Part shown: piece by piece, positions 38,353 to 51,523 of the stretch | How positions within the stretch are numbered: position 1 is the stretch's first letter | Layout of the letters: each line of letters opens with the position of its first letter | Made by a program: the position numbers and the translations under genes | Source of the DNA: Enoplolaimus lenunculus | Lineage: Eukaryota | Direction: 5' to 3' | Length of the DNA stretch: 64,000 nucleotides | Assembly: GCA_030248215.1 (NCBI GenBank) | Contig: JASANG010000864.1 | Coordinates: 372,001-436,000, forward strand | The notes under the pieces: model-generated | The model's database searches: none | What the model saw: the letters and a program-made list of their open reading frames with translations, nothing else | Told to the model about the DNA's origin: nothing

Positions 38353-41300
38353 TCAAATCAAACGCAAATCCAGCGTTCCGTTGATCATATTGTCCAAATG
38401 TGACGCGGATTCGTTGAAAATCGCCGCCAGTGATTGGTCACTTGCTTCGGTTGCATGCGGAACAAGTGTTCGATAACCAATGGTCACTGGACAGCTTGAC
38501 TGTTTGAGTTTGTTCAAAATTAACGCCCACGCAAGGATTGTGCTGATAAGCTGAAAAAATTGTAAGAATATACGGAATTAGATTTCCGCAAGTTGGGAGG
38601 GATAGAGCGGATATACCGCCTAGCGATAGTTTTGGAAAGGCAAAAAAATGACATTTATTACAGGCTTCAGATTATAACTTTCTGGATTCTAAAGGTTAAC
38701 AACATTTTCCTTTATGTAATTCCTCCTACCGCACCTAAATCATGGTTGTGCCGCTTTTCGGTATTCAATACTAAATTTGAAATTGTCTGCAAAATATCCA
38801 CAAAATGTGGTAAAAGAGAGCCAGGGGACTGAGTCCGACCCAGAAACGTTTGCCTCTCCCCTAAAGTTTTAGCCCGCTATTTAGAGTTGCAATATTAACA
38901 ACATACCCCCATAAGATTGTTTTGCACATCCATGCATCACCCCCCTCAGCGTGTCAAGTTGGGTACTGGCCTGTTTCAGAGTCGATTATCAAACTGTTAA
39001 ACTTGAGAACAAATCAAATTTGTTCCATATATACCACCGAAAAACCATTTTCAACTTACCAGGAGTGTTCATACGCATAGTAATTGTTGAGTGTACAGTT
39101 TGAATTACGCGACAAAATGACTAAGCAATTACTTAGCACGTACTTAAGTACTAATGTCGCATTTAAGTAGGTTATCAGAAACCCAGCCATTGTCTTATTT
39201 CTTGTGCACAGTTTGTGTTGTGTTGCCTCCAATTGGTATACTCTATGTGTCAATGGTTTATCTTGGTCAATCATTGCATTATGGCAAATGTAAAGATCAG
39301 GGCCGGATCGTTTTCCGGAGGGGCTACAATAGAGTAAGTTTAAGTTTGGACAAATTTTTTGCTTAGGTTAACGCTTAGGCTTAGGCCTAGGCTTACGAAT
39401 AGGCTCATCCATACGCTTAGACTAAGGCTTAGGCTTAGGAATGTGCTTGTACTACTGTTCCGGCCCTGTTCTATACATGGACCAGTTTTTCTGTGGGACA
39501 AGAATAGAGTAAGCTTAAGCTTTAGATAAATTTTGTGCTTGTCTTAGGCTTAGGCTTAGGAATATACTCATTCTTACGCTTAGGCTTAGGCTAAGGCTTA
39601 GGCTTAGGAATATGCTTATAATACTGTTCTGCCCATGTTCTTTACATCGGCCCATAATACCATAATGGTACCTGCAACAGGCGATTTTTTGCTAAACAGG
39701 AAGCGACACAACCAAACTTACCGTAAAAAACAATCCTCGTTCAATTGGAAACGCTCGCCAGACTGTTAGTCCCCATGAGTACTGGGTTGACATTTTTTGA
39801 ACAAATCGAATTACCTGTAAACAAATTTTATTATTAATTTGAACCAATCGAATTACGTATTAAAAATTTTATGATTAATTTGAACCAATGGATTTACCTG
39901 TAAACAAATTTTATTATTAATTTGAACCAATCGAACTACGTATTAAAAATTTTATGATTAATTTGAACCAATGGAATTACCTGTAAACCAGTTTTATTAT
40001 TAATTTGAACCAATCGAATTACGTATTAAAAATTTTATGATTAATTTGAACCAATGGAATTACCTGTAAACAAATTTTATTATTAATTTTAACCAATCGA
40101 ATTGCAATGTAAATAAATTTTATGATTAATTTGAACCGATGGAACTACCTGTAAACAAATTTTATTATTAATTTGAACCAATCAAATTACGTATTAAAAA
40201 TTTTATGATTAATTTGAACCAATCGAATTACGTATTAAAAATTTTATGATTAATTTGAACCAATGGAATTACGTGTAAACAAATTTTATTATTAATTTGA
40301 ACCAATCGAATTACCTGTAAATTAATTTTATGATTAATTTGAAGAAATCGAATTATCTGTGAACAAATTTTATGATTAATATGAACTAACCGAATTAGCT
40401 GTATACAAATGTTATGATTAAACTTTCACAACTCTACAACCTCGTAGTCCACGAAAAAAATTTCAGTTTGCCAAAAACGGGTTCCCAAATGTCGCAACCC
40501 CCAATTTGCGGGCTTTTGGGGCGCTTCCGCCGGAACTTCAGACTACATTCGTGGAATTCAAGGGCACAAAAGAATATAGTTTCACAGGGAGAAAAATCCA
40601 ATGAAGTTGAACGTATGTCAAACCTCCAGGGGGCGAACGGTACAGGCGGTCAGAAGCTTGGACAGTTTAGTTATTATTATCAAAAGTGCATGATACTAGG
40701 GTGTAGGTACATCTTTGGGTTCCACATGGTACAAAATGTACCACCGGGCGTTGCGTTTTTGGCCGAGCCCTTTTCTTTAGAAGGGGGTCGCTGTCTCATA
40801 CAATAACCCTAAACTAACCACAGCAATTTTTGTTGCCGAATACATAAAGTGTCATGGTTCGCATAGGTTGTACCATCCTCTAAATAAAGGGGGGTAGGCT
40901 AAAAAATTTAACGCGCGCTGGGTACATTGTTGTCTACTTAGAATGTACCCAGTTGCATACTCTTGTTAATGCATCATCCATTCTTGGTATTATCAATGAC
41001 AAAAAGTTGCCTGAAGCATTTTAGTAAAAATCAATATTTTGATGTAATTCATTAACCCCTTCTCACATTGAGTTGCCTGTAGGCAACTAAGCGCAGCGTA
41101 TATACGTTAAATAGTATATATCGCACCGTGTTTATCAATTGCAACGCGTAAACATTGTACTAAATCACCACAAGACGTGAGAGCCCCCTCGGGCTCGAGC
41201 GTCAAGCTCCTATAGCTGAGTGGTGATGGTATACGCCTCCCACTCCAGTCACCGGAGTTCGAATCCTAGCATAAAAGTAGGTCTCAGGAGAAATAGAAAA

Positions 41301-44300
41301 TATTCATGTGAGAAAGGGTTATTGCAGAAGTTGCGTTTCGTGCAATATATTATGACCTTTGCTGTCTAACTTAGACCGTATACAAATAGACAAACTAACT
41401 TGAAACTTATCGTCTTCTGTTCGCGGATTAGATGCGAGTACAGCTTGAAGAATTTTTCGTGCCTGAAAAATATCAATAATAAACGAGAAAGTTTCAAAAA
41501 TCAACAACGTAGCCGAGCGAGGATAAGGTTCTTGCCGCAATGACCGTCAGAAAACTATCAATTTGGCCAATGTTACTTTACGGGGCGTAACAGTAGATTA
41601 AGCGTATTCCTAAGCCTAAGCCTAAGCGTTGCAAAAATGAGTTCCTAAGTCTAAGCCTAATACTAAGCCTAAGTCTAACCCAAAGCCTAAGCAAAAAATG
41701 TAATCTAGAATCTAAACGTACACTTTTATAGACCACCAGAAACCTGGACGCCCCTTAAAGTAACATGGGCAATTAATTTTAACAGCTGAAACAAGTTATT
41801 ACGGTCAACGTTGCTTTGAAAATTGTCGTAACTGTAGATTAAACATATTCCCAAACCTAAACCTGAGCCTAAGCACAAATATGTATTGGCTAAATCGTAC
41901 GGCTTACTGCTTTGCAGTTCCCCAAGCAGGATAAATGTTTCCGTTTGCGATAAAAATCGATGTTCGAAATACCGCAAATTACGTTGTTTTTAAGCTCATA
42001 GTTACTTGTGAATCAGTTGAAAATCGCATAAGTTTTCAACACAGAAATGCTGCAATTGTTTTATTTTGGACAAAAATTGCAAAATTTGTACAAAGTTGTA
42101 GTTAATAAAGATTTTACACACGCCTTTTTCTGTACATTTTGCTACGCCTCAGTAAGCATTTGCATACCTCTGATGTGTATAGGCATAGAAGTTAAAACAA
42201 GTTTCAAACATTCAAATACTTAACCCTTTCTCACATTGAGTTGCCTGTAAGCAACTCAGCGCAGCGTACATACGTTAAATAGTATATATCGCACCGTGTT
42301 TAACAAATGCAACACGTATACATAGTACTAAATCACCACAAGACGTGAGAGCCCCCTCGGGCTCGAGCGTCAAGCTCCTATAGCTGAGTGGTGAAGGTAT
42401 ACGCCTCCCACTCCAGGCACTGGAGTTCGAATCCTAACATAAAAGTAGGTCTCAGGGGAAATAGAAAATATTCGTGTGAGAAAGGGTTAAATATTCGTTT
42501 TCCGTTTGCAGTTATTTTGATCACTATCCGTTTGCGTTCATTGTACTATTCATTTCGCACCCTGTCGGACGTATGTCCCAGGCGTGACGGCGGAGCTAAT
42601 TTTCGCAACTTTAAAGTAGCTTACTTCTTCATTAGTCGCCCAGCCAGTCGAACAAATCAACACAATATACATAATAGCGATTAAAATTTGCAAACATCCC
42701 CATGACAAATTGAACATCGTAACCACAAGGCTTCCGCGCGGTCCGGGGCTGGTTTTGCTAACATTTGGTGATTGAATCAAACTATCCGCTTGAGTTACAA
42801 AATAAATGGTTAAGCATAAAATAATAACGGCTAAGCCCAACGAAAGCATGATGAACGGATTTAGCCAGCTGCCAATTGAACGACTCAGGGTGGTAAGATG
42901 CAAGAAACAGTTGTAGTACGCGGACATGGTGTGACGATCGCAGTTTGGATCATCTGAAAAATATCTCGATACCATTAAAGTCGACCGTGTAAAGATCATG
43001 GGACGGAACGTTTTTCTGCGGAACTGCAAAATATCTCGATACCATTAAAGTCGACCATGTAAAGATCAGGGCACGGAACGTTTTTCTGCGGAACTGCAAA
43101 ATATCTCGATACCACTAAAGTCGACCATGTAAAGATCATGGGACGGAACGTTTTTCTGCGGAACTGCAATAGAGTCAGAGCTTTATGTTTTAGATTAATT
43201 TTTTTCGTTAGGTTTAGGCTTCGTATTAGGAATATGCTAGTACTACACTGCAAGAAATGGTGAATCAAATTGACTCTGTCCGAAATAGGCTTTTTCTGAC
43301 TACACAAACTGAATCAAAATTCAACTCCGCCTGAGACAAATTCGACTCGATTTGACTTTGGCGGAGTCGAATGTTGACTCAGTGTATATATTGGCCATTA
43401 CAGTTATAAAAAAGTGTAACAGAAACGTTATTATTGTACATGGGTTTAAAGGATTTTGCAATAGTATTACAATAGGCAGTATATCATTTTAAATTTAAAA
43501 GCGAATTAAATTTAAGATTTATTTTGACAATTGGTTATCATTATTCGTTTTCCATTAATAAATTGCATTGAATTACCATACGTCCGACAAACGAGATATT
43601 AATGCATAGTGTTTTGCAATTATTATTCGTACACTGGGTACAAAATCTCCACAATAGAGAGTCTCCAGGGGTTCGAACCAGAGGCGAATTCGAAAATTGT
43701 TGACGGGGGGGCGGGCTCGCAAATGTTATTAAACGCAAAAATGGTAAGATAGAGGCGACCTTATCATTTTATCAGCAAAAAATTTTCTGAGGGCGAAAAA
43801 TTGTAAGGGGGACTTACCATTTTATAAAAAAACATTCTGCGGATAATGTTGTGTTTTTTACAAAAAAATTTCTGAGGGCAAAAAATTATAGGTATTGGGA
43901 CCTTATCATTTTAACATAAAAAATATTCTGGCGGGTGGGGGGCGTACGCACCCCGCCCCACTTCCGGATGTGCTACTGGGTCAAACGTGAACTTCCTATA
44001 GCTGAGTTGTCGCAGCGAACGATTCTACATCGAAAGTTTAGTGGTTCGTATTTTAGTTTGAAGTTACATTTGAAATAAGATATAAAGTATTCATGCGTGA
44101 AAGAGTAAACGCTCGTCTGAAATCATTGATTAAATAGTTTTAATTTAATTTTACATATAAATTACAACAAGGATTGGCCAATTAAAGCTTAAGCTTACTC
44201 TATTTCAATAACGCGGAAAAACGGTCCGCCCCTGATCTTTACATGGCCCCAATTATTTAGCCGTCTCAGAACAAACACAACTAAAATACCTCGTATACAC

Positions 44301-47300
44301 TGCTTCAACAGCCGCATCCAAAACCGCAACACACTACAAATGATCAAAAAATACAACAACGGCATCAGTTGCCACAGCCGAAGGAGTGGCACTAATATTA
44401 GCGATACGTGACTCAGCCAACTGGGTCGCCGTTGCCAATCAACAAAAATATATTCAATAACTCGAATGATCAGTGGAATTGCAAAAACAACAACACCAAC
44501 TGCAATTGCGATTAGTTGATAGCGTTCGATTGGGACGGTGCATTGTTCAATGAGACGAGTACGTGCTGCTTGACGCGTTTGTCTTTGATTGTTTCTGTCG
44601 TTTCCAACCATAGCCGCTGTCTGTCGCTGCTGGTCGTGTTTTTTGTTCTTGCACTCGTGGTTGCGTTCGTGTTCCGCTTGTATTTCTGCACGACCGGCTG
44701 GCGTCAAACGTTCTGTCCGACGCTGTTGGTCGTGATCCTTGTTCATTTGTACATCAGCGGCACCGTATATGTCGATTCGGTTTTGTCTTGTTCTCTTCAC
44801 GTAGTTGCGATCGGATTGTTTTTTGTATTTCGGCACATTTAATTCCGGTTCCATCTCGAAGTCCGGTTCCTTCTCGCCAGCGTCGCTCTGTAGCAGCACT
44901 TGGTTATTTGATTTCTGATGGTCGTCATCAAAAGACGTCTGGTTCTCACTTTGCTTTGGTTTGTCGTTGTGCGTCTTTTTCTGTTGCTTGTAAGAGAAGC
45001 AGTTTTTGTTCCTGTTGATTTGTTCCTTGACTTCATCGATGTTCTCGTAGCATTGTGTTGTTTTGACGTTTCCAGCATCATTCCTGCTTCGACTGATTGA
45101 TGGTTCCTGTCTTTCTTTGACTTCAAACGGGTTTGTTGTCGATATTTTTCCATCGAAGTTGTTGACAGATCTTTGAGCTCTTGGCGATTGCGATAACCTC
45201 CACTCTTGGTTACATGTCTGATGCTCGCTGTTCTTTCTGCAGCTGACTTCATTTCTCTTGTACGCGTTTCCACATTTACAGGTGTTGTTCCGATCTGAGC
45301 TCTGAAATTCTTCCATTGTACTGTCGAAACGAGTCAACGAATTTTCGTTTGTAGCTTTGTCCCCATTTGCATTTTCAAACTGAATTAAATCAACAACAGA
45401 TCGTTGACGAACGTTTTTGGCGTTTTGAATATTATTCCTTTGTTCTTTGTAGCTCCATGGTCGAGCAACGGTGTTCAGCGATGTCGTACGGTGGTCTGAG
45501 ATTCGTTCAGCGATTAGTTGAGTCATTAATTCGTCCAACTGACGCAAATGTCTCAACAGTCGAATGTGTTTTCGTGTTCGAAACGCAAGTACAACAAAAT
45601 GAATGCAATTATGCAACGGCAACAGTCCAGTGATTATTGATGATATTGTTGATGCATGCAGTAAACCGAAATGCACACGATATATATGCGTTACGGTAAT
45701 GTTAAAAATTGCAATCGCAAGATTGATCAGAAAATATATACCACAGATCTGCAACAAATATTTTGTTATTTTCACTAGAAAAAATTATTTATGAAAGTGT
45801 CTCGAATGTAAAGATCAGGAGCGGAACGTTTTTTCTGCAGGACTGCAGTAAACTTTATGTGCCGTTTGTGTTAATGTACTTGTTTAGGGTATGTTATAGA
45901 AGGAGAGTTCACACTCAATTCTGTCGACAAGTTTTAAAGGCCGGATTCAATAAATCGAGTCGATGTGTCAACGGTCTTTGTGAACACTGATTGGAAATCT
46001 ATTTTTGTCTGTGTTTTAATGTCTATAAGTGTTAAAAATTGGCGCTCTGCACGTAAAAACAGCGTTATACGAAGTATTCCCGTACTAAACATAATATACA
46101 AATCCGGATATAAGAGAAACCCGGACATGAGATTTCTTCTCCATTCCCGAAAATTCTCTTATATCCGGGTTTCGCTGTAAAAGCGGTTAAAAATGGCATT
46201 TATGGTGTTTCCAGTGTTTTCCTGTTCCGGATCGAAATTAATTGAAAATTACTGTAAATAAGCGCACTGTAAAAAATGGTGAGTCAAATTGACTCTCAGA
46301 AATAGACTCAACGGGACTACACAAAATGAGTCAAATTAGACTCGGCCAGAGTCAAACGTGCGACTCAGTGGAGTTGAATTCGACTCTGGCGGAGTTGAAT
46401 TTGTCTCAGTATGTGTAGTCCCTCAGAGCTTATTTCGGAGAAAGTCAATTTGACTCAGTATTTTTTGCAATGTATCCATAATCAGCTGTGCTTCATTCTA
46501 CTGCATTTTACTGCTGTGTAATTTAACCAAGAGCGTTTGCGACTTGGAGAACTAACCAAAAGTTCATTTTTATTCCTATTTTAGTAAACTACGGCACATA
46601 GCCAGCAGGGCATTAACTTATATGCTAACCCGCGTCAAGAGGCGCCCCCCTCTCAAACAGGTCCGATGGGTCCACCAATACAATGTTTCACAGCTCTGTA
46701 ACTTCGTGGTTCGCTAAAAGTTTTTTAGTTTTCCAAGATGAGGCCACCAGGGGTCGGAGGCCACTCCAATTGATGTTTCGGTGCCTTTCTGTCGGCACTG
46801 CTGTGGTATTTGCTCAGGTTTGTCTTTTTCATTTAAACGTCACTTTCATTTGGCTTTGTAAAACCTGCGGTTGCTTACATAGCTACCATATACACTGAAA
46901 ACAAACTAACCAATCCAAACAGCCAGCGTCGAATAATTTGACCAGATAAACTGTTGACTTTGAATCGAGAATACCAGGATGCACTTGAGCGAGCGGTCTC
47001 TACGCTAGAAAGGAATTCGCCAGGCCCTTGAAACTCGGCTCGCCGCTGGCTCGCAGGAAAATAGCCAAGAATTTGCAAGCAGAAAAGAACGCACGCCATT
47101 CGATTGACGAAATTCGGCTCAGACCTGGGTTTAGCTTTTTCCGGGTTCGGAGACACACGTTTTCTGCACGATTTGCCAGATATCTCTCGAGATAGTCCGC
47201 TCAAAACTAGCAACGCTTCTGTGGTTCCAGATTCTTTCTGTCCAGAAATGGTTTGCTGCCTCGATGAGTTGCATTTCCTGGTTTCTGAACAGGATCTATC

Positions 47301-48847
47301 TACATTATCAACATTTTGTCTTGTAACCTGCTTGCCTTGCGCTGCAATCGCTTCTGAGTTAATTCCATTGACGAACAGTGTTTCTGTACCACATTTGCTT
47401 TGGTATCCTGAAATGACGTCATTATGCTGGGTTCAATGTTATAACTGGGACAACCTGGAATACGTTTTGTTCATATTACAGCAGCGGGTAACATTTTGTC
47501 TGCACGTTGATTCGCTATCACAGTGAAAAAATTTGAATTGTGTGCTATCCTGATATGACATTCAGTGTTTGTGGCTGCAATGTTGTATAATATTAAATGT
47601 ATTGGCTGTCCTTATCATTGTATCATACAGGTTATGAGTGCAAGCTGTATGGTCAATGTTTAGAAACTGCAGGGTTTAAAATTTTTCGTAATTTTTTAAA
47701 ATTTTGGCACGCAAATTTGCATGTCGGCGAAAAAAATGAAATTTTGAAGAAAAATTCTAATTTTGGTGGTAAAATTCAAATTTTGTCGGGAAATTCAAGT
47801 TTTGGTTGAAAATTCAAATTTTAACTAGAAAATTAACCCCTTCTCACATTGAGTTGCCTATAGACAACTCAGCGCAGTATATATACGTTAAATAATATTT
47901 CAGCATTAGAAATCATTGAATGCTACGATATCTAACAATTTTTATTAGTGAAACATTACAGTGTCCGGTACAATATACATGGCCATTTGTATACTATGAT
48001 CGCTTGAGATCCGTGACTTGTAAGCCAATGTAATGTGACATTCACATTTTGTAGCCATACCCGCTATTTACATCAAGTTTTATATTGACTTTGAACGAAC
48101 ATGGACAAAACGTGTTCCGAGCAGCCGCAGTTATAATGTGAACCCAGCAGACCATGGTAAAATGCCAGGATTAGATCGTGAGGACCGCTGATTTGCTAAT
48201 TTCCCTTACAAACCTGGCGTTCCTGTGATCTTGGAATCACTCAGTATCAACTTGTTATTGTTGGCAGATAATTGACCAATGAAATGCTTTGAACATGGAC
48301 AGGAGCAACCGTTGGTTTCGTCAATTTCGTCATCGTCGCTCGCCAATTGGTTTATTTCATTGAAATCATCAGTGACAATTGTTTGTTTACATTTTTCTCG
48401 ATTTTGTTTGGTTGAACTTGTTTCAAGTGACACCGAAGCGTTAATAGCACGAGTACAACAGTCGCCACCAGACATTGTGGACGCTTCTTCAAACAAACAA
48501 GTGTTCTCACACGGCGATTCAATTGGATTGCAGTGACAATTTTGTGAATTTGGGCAATCATGAGAGATTCCGGAAACGGATACTGGACAGTAGCCTGGAT
48601 TACCGGATATTTGGACAATTTTCAAGTGCTTAGGGGCGTCACACGATTTTCGAGGGCTCAACTTGGCGAATTGCCAACAGTCAGCGGTCGCGTCTGGGGG
48701 CTGTTTTGTTTGATCTGAACTGAACACAAATGCATTGTTTACAAGATTTGCCTCAGTGTTGCAATTGGTGACGGCAACTTGTTGATATGCAGTTAAATGT
48801 GCAATTTGAACCGTATGTTTTGATGCAACTGATGATGACTGAGTCAT
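38353..48847 (-). CDS. Gustatory-receptor superfamily (7tm_7 / GUR-like) membrane protein, unusually large (~1090 aa)
   Basis: Exons 48847-48214, 47407-46911, 45748-44290, 42953-42625, 41462-41400, 39814-39722 and 38550-38353 join in frame (3273 nt) with GT-AG sites. Hydrophobic helices, a 'LQILGYFP' pre-TM1 segment, the C-terminal ..GWATNEEARKIL..DKFQVIRFVQKMSTQYSWGLTVWRAFPIERGLFFTLISTILAWALIL, and three C-terminal phase-0 introns fit the Gr superfamily. The first exon is the least certain. Confidence 0.82.
39795..40420. repeat. 41/42-bp minisatellite (~15 units, 83-bp higher-order dimer) overlapping the Gr exon 6 acceptor
   Basis: TTGAACCAATCGAATTACCTGTAAACAAATTTTATTATTAAT units begin near 39799, 39841, 39882, 39924, 39965, 40007, 40048 ... 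40383. Confidence 0.9.
40680..40987. mobile_element. Solo MITE of the CCAAGAGTG family in Gr intron
   Basis: TATTA|TCAAAAGTGCATGA ... TCATCCATTCTTGG|TATTA; approximately the reverse complement of array unit 33748-34063. Confidence 0.75.
41056..41318. mobile_element. piggyBac-type MITE with tRNA-derived cassette (reverse orientation), in Gr intron
   Basis: Reverse complement of 6303-6565; cassette reads GCTCCTATAGCTGAGTGG..CGCCTCCCAC..GGAGTTCGAATCC on the + strand. Confidence 0.8.
42224..42486. mobile_element. piggyBac-type MITE with tRNA-derived cassette (reverse orientation), in Gr intron
   Basis: TTAA flanks, 263 bp, nearly identical to 41056-41318. A truncated copy lies at ~49492-49691. 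Confidence 0.82.
42954..43170. repeat. 70-bp tandem triplication spanning the Gr exon 4 acceptor and a MITE end
   Basis: CTG(A/C)AAAATATCTCGATACCA(T/C)TAAAGTCGACC..GTAAAGATCA..GGAACGTTTTTCTGCGGAA at 42954, 43024 and 43094. Confidence 0.88.
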
Positions 48848-51523
48848 TTAAATCGGTTGCCAAATTCAGCAATAATCACAAGTTTTTAATGATTAATAGA
48901 ATATGAATAAAATATGTAAATGGTTAGCAAAAATTAATATTATTAACCGTGTTTTAAATATTTTAAATATAATTTCAGAACACTAACAATCTCACCAAAA
49001 TAGAACTTAGCATGAGCGGTGGACTGGTAATGTGTAGAGTTCCCTAAACCATGTTTGTAATTATTTCGTAGTTGTATAGAACAAGAAATAATGGAGTCAT
49101 ATTGTTACTTTTTCGGTCAAATGTCATACTTTCGCACGCCAACCCAACGTCAAATTTTGGTGGAAAAATAATTAAGATTTTGGCGAGAAATGCAAATTTT
49201 TGTAGTAAAATTCAAATTTTGGCCGAAAAAATACTTGTAAAAACAAAAAAATAATATGACCTAAGCTTAATTTTTATTAGCAGTATTATAAAACTAAAAA
49301 AATTAACATTCCTTAAGCTTAATTTTTATTAGCAGTAATGTGTTGCTGTCATGTCTTAAAATTTAAGAATAATAAAACAAACGGCTTATTCTCTGTAACC
49401 ACCGAATTAAAAAAATGCTACTTATCTTTGTTCACGTGATAAATACTCGGAAGTTGTGATTATTGTTCCGGGCCATGCATAGAACAGGACCTATCGCACC
49501 GTGTTTAACAATTGCAACACGTATACATAGTACTAAATCACCACAAGACGTGAGAGCCCCTTCCGGCTCGAGCGTCAAGCTCCTATAGCTGAGTGGCGAT
49601 GGTATACGCCTCCCTCTCCAGTCACCGGAGTTCGAATCTTAGCATAAAAGTAGGTCTCATGGGAAACAGAAAATATTCATGTGAGAAAGGGTTAAAGTCT
49701 CGAACTCAAGTTGATTTGATCCTGGAATTATTTATGCACTACAATTAGGAAGAATTCATATTTATGGACTTTAATTAGGTTTTAGGGACTTAATCCGCTT
49801 ACGGACTCTTAGTAGCGATTCGGACTCCTATTGATGGGGACTCAAAATGCGGACCCCATCGTATTACCTCGTCAAGAGTGGATGATCGCTGTTTGACACG
49901 AGTGCGCAAACTGGGTAGATTATTCAACGCGCGCTTGGGGCATTTTGTACCATCTAATATAAATGGTACTATGTAGTAATATTTAAAATTTGACCTAAAG
50001 CCACAAACCACACCTTGTTCAAATGGTATATATTTTCCTCCAACCGGTAGAGTTGATCAAAAACGCAACGCGCGTAGGTATACATTTTGTACCGCTCGAC
50101 AGCGTGCAAGTTGCGCAACTATTTGCCGTACCAATATATTTTTTAAACCTTATAAAAACCCTGCTGAGCTTTAGTTAAAGCTAATAGCATCAATCTTTGA
50201 GTTTACCACAAATTTTCTGCTTACCATTTACACAGTAGAATAGCCTCTTTAGACTGATAAGTGTGTGGTCTAAGACGTTTATTTTAGTGGTTTCTAGGTA
50301 TTTATAAGGACCACAAACTGTCTGATGTTATCAAAAGTGACAAATACGAATACACAAAAACACGGTTCTGGGGTCCGGAGAAACTGGCGACTGGTGAGGG
50401 TGGGGTCTGGTTCAAAAATGTCAAAATGATGGTTTTCAAACACGAACCCATTCTCGCATAAGGTGTAGTATGAACCACTAATTGCATACTGTCCACGTGC
50501 ATTAAATACATCATGCGACGTGTTTAATAATGCCGGCGCTCGGTAGTACAAAATCTCCACAAGACGTGAAAGTCCTCGGTCCTAAGAGTCAGACTGTCTC
50601 CCACTCGAGAGCCAAGTGTTACAATCCTAATTTGAAAAATGGTGTGTGACAAAATAGAAAATATTCATGTGCTGGAAACGGTTAATAGACAATCCCTTTT
50701 GATAATTATTTACGGCAATGTCTTCGCCGGATAATAAATTAACTAAACAATATCCCTGACTAATAACGACATAAACCCGTTGATTGGTCGGTAACTGTAC
50801 AGCAAGACAATCCTCATTCGCTGTTGTGATTGTTCCGGTTTCTCAGCAGCTGAACAAAATCTCAAATGTGTCAGAAACCGGAAAATGTACAGTTCGCTTG
50901 AACAAACGTTACCAATTTTAAAACAATATTTTGTTTCGAGGTTTGTCATACCGGATATTCGAGTCTGCTTATGGTTTTACCTGTACCAGTTGCGCTGGCG
51001 TATCCGAAGCGAGCCACACCCCAGCCGAAGACCTCAAAAGGGATCAAAACAATAACTTGGTATTAAGATTTAGCACTGAAATGGCGTTCGACTTCTCACT
51101 AGCTTCGCTCGCGAGTTTTTGCTTCTACGATTATATTTTCACACGGCCCCCCTTTGAGAAATTGCTGAACCTTCATTTGATCCAACGGTCTTTGGTATTG
51201 ACATACGTTTTGCTTCATTTGGTCTTATAATCGAAAGTTACAGGATATGTTTGCTACTCAACGTTGTTGTATGACGTCAATCCACGTCAAATCTTTTATA
51301 TTTCGCTCAAATTTAGAGATCTTGATTGCCCTCTCGTAACACTTGTATTAATTTAATGAAAGGCGAATTTTTCTTCACAGTATCACATGCTTTGAGGCTT
51401 TGGCTTAGGCTTTCATATGCACAGTCCCTCTCTCACAGTAGCGTGTGTGTATTAACTGTAGAGGGCGAAAGTGTCTTTCCAAAGTGTTTGTATTATTACA
51501 TTATCACATGTCAATTATTCTTC

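Noticed and set aside
44516..45633. Several + strand and alternate-frame ORFs
   Set aside because: They are shadows of the long Gr exon 45748-44290.
45934..46128. 64-aa minus-strand ORF as an extra Gr exon
   Set aside because: No usable donor before its stop; exon 2 (46911) joins exon 3 (45748) in frame without it.
47697..47832. ~20-bp AAATTCAAATTTTGG periodic repeat as a PATC-like signal
   Set aside because: Too short, and it recurs at ~49150-49230 as an ordinary degenerate repeat; periodicity cannot be quantified by eye.
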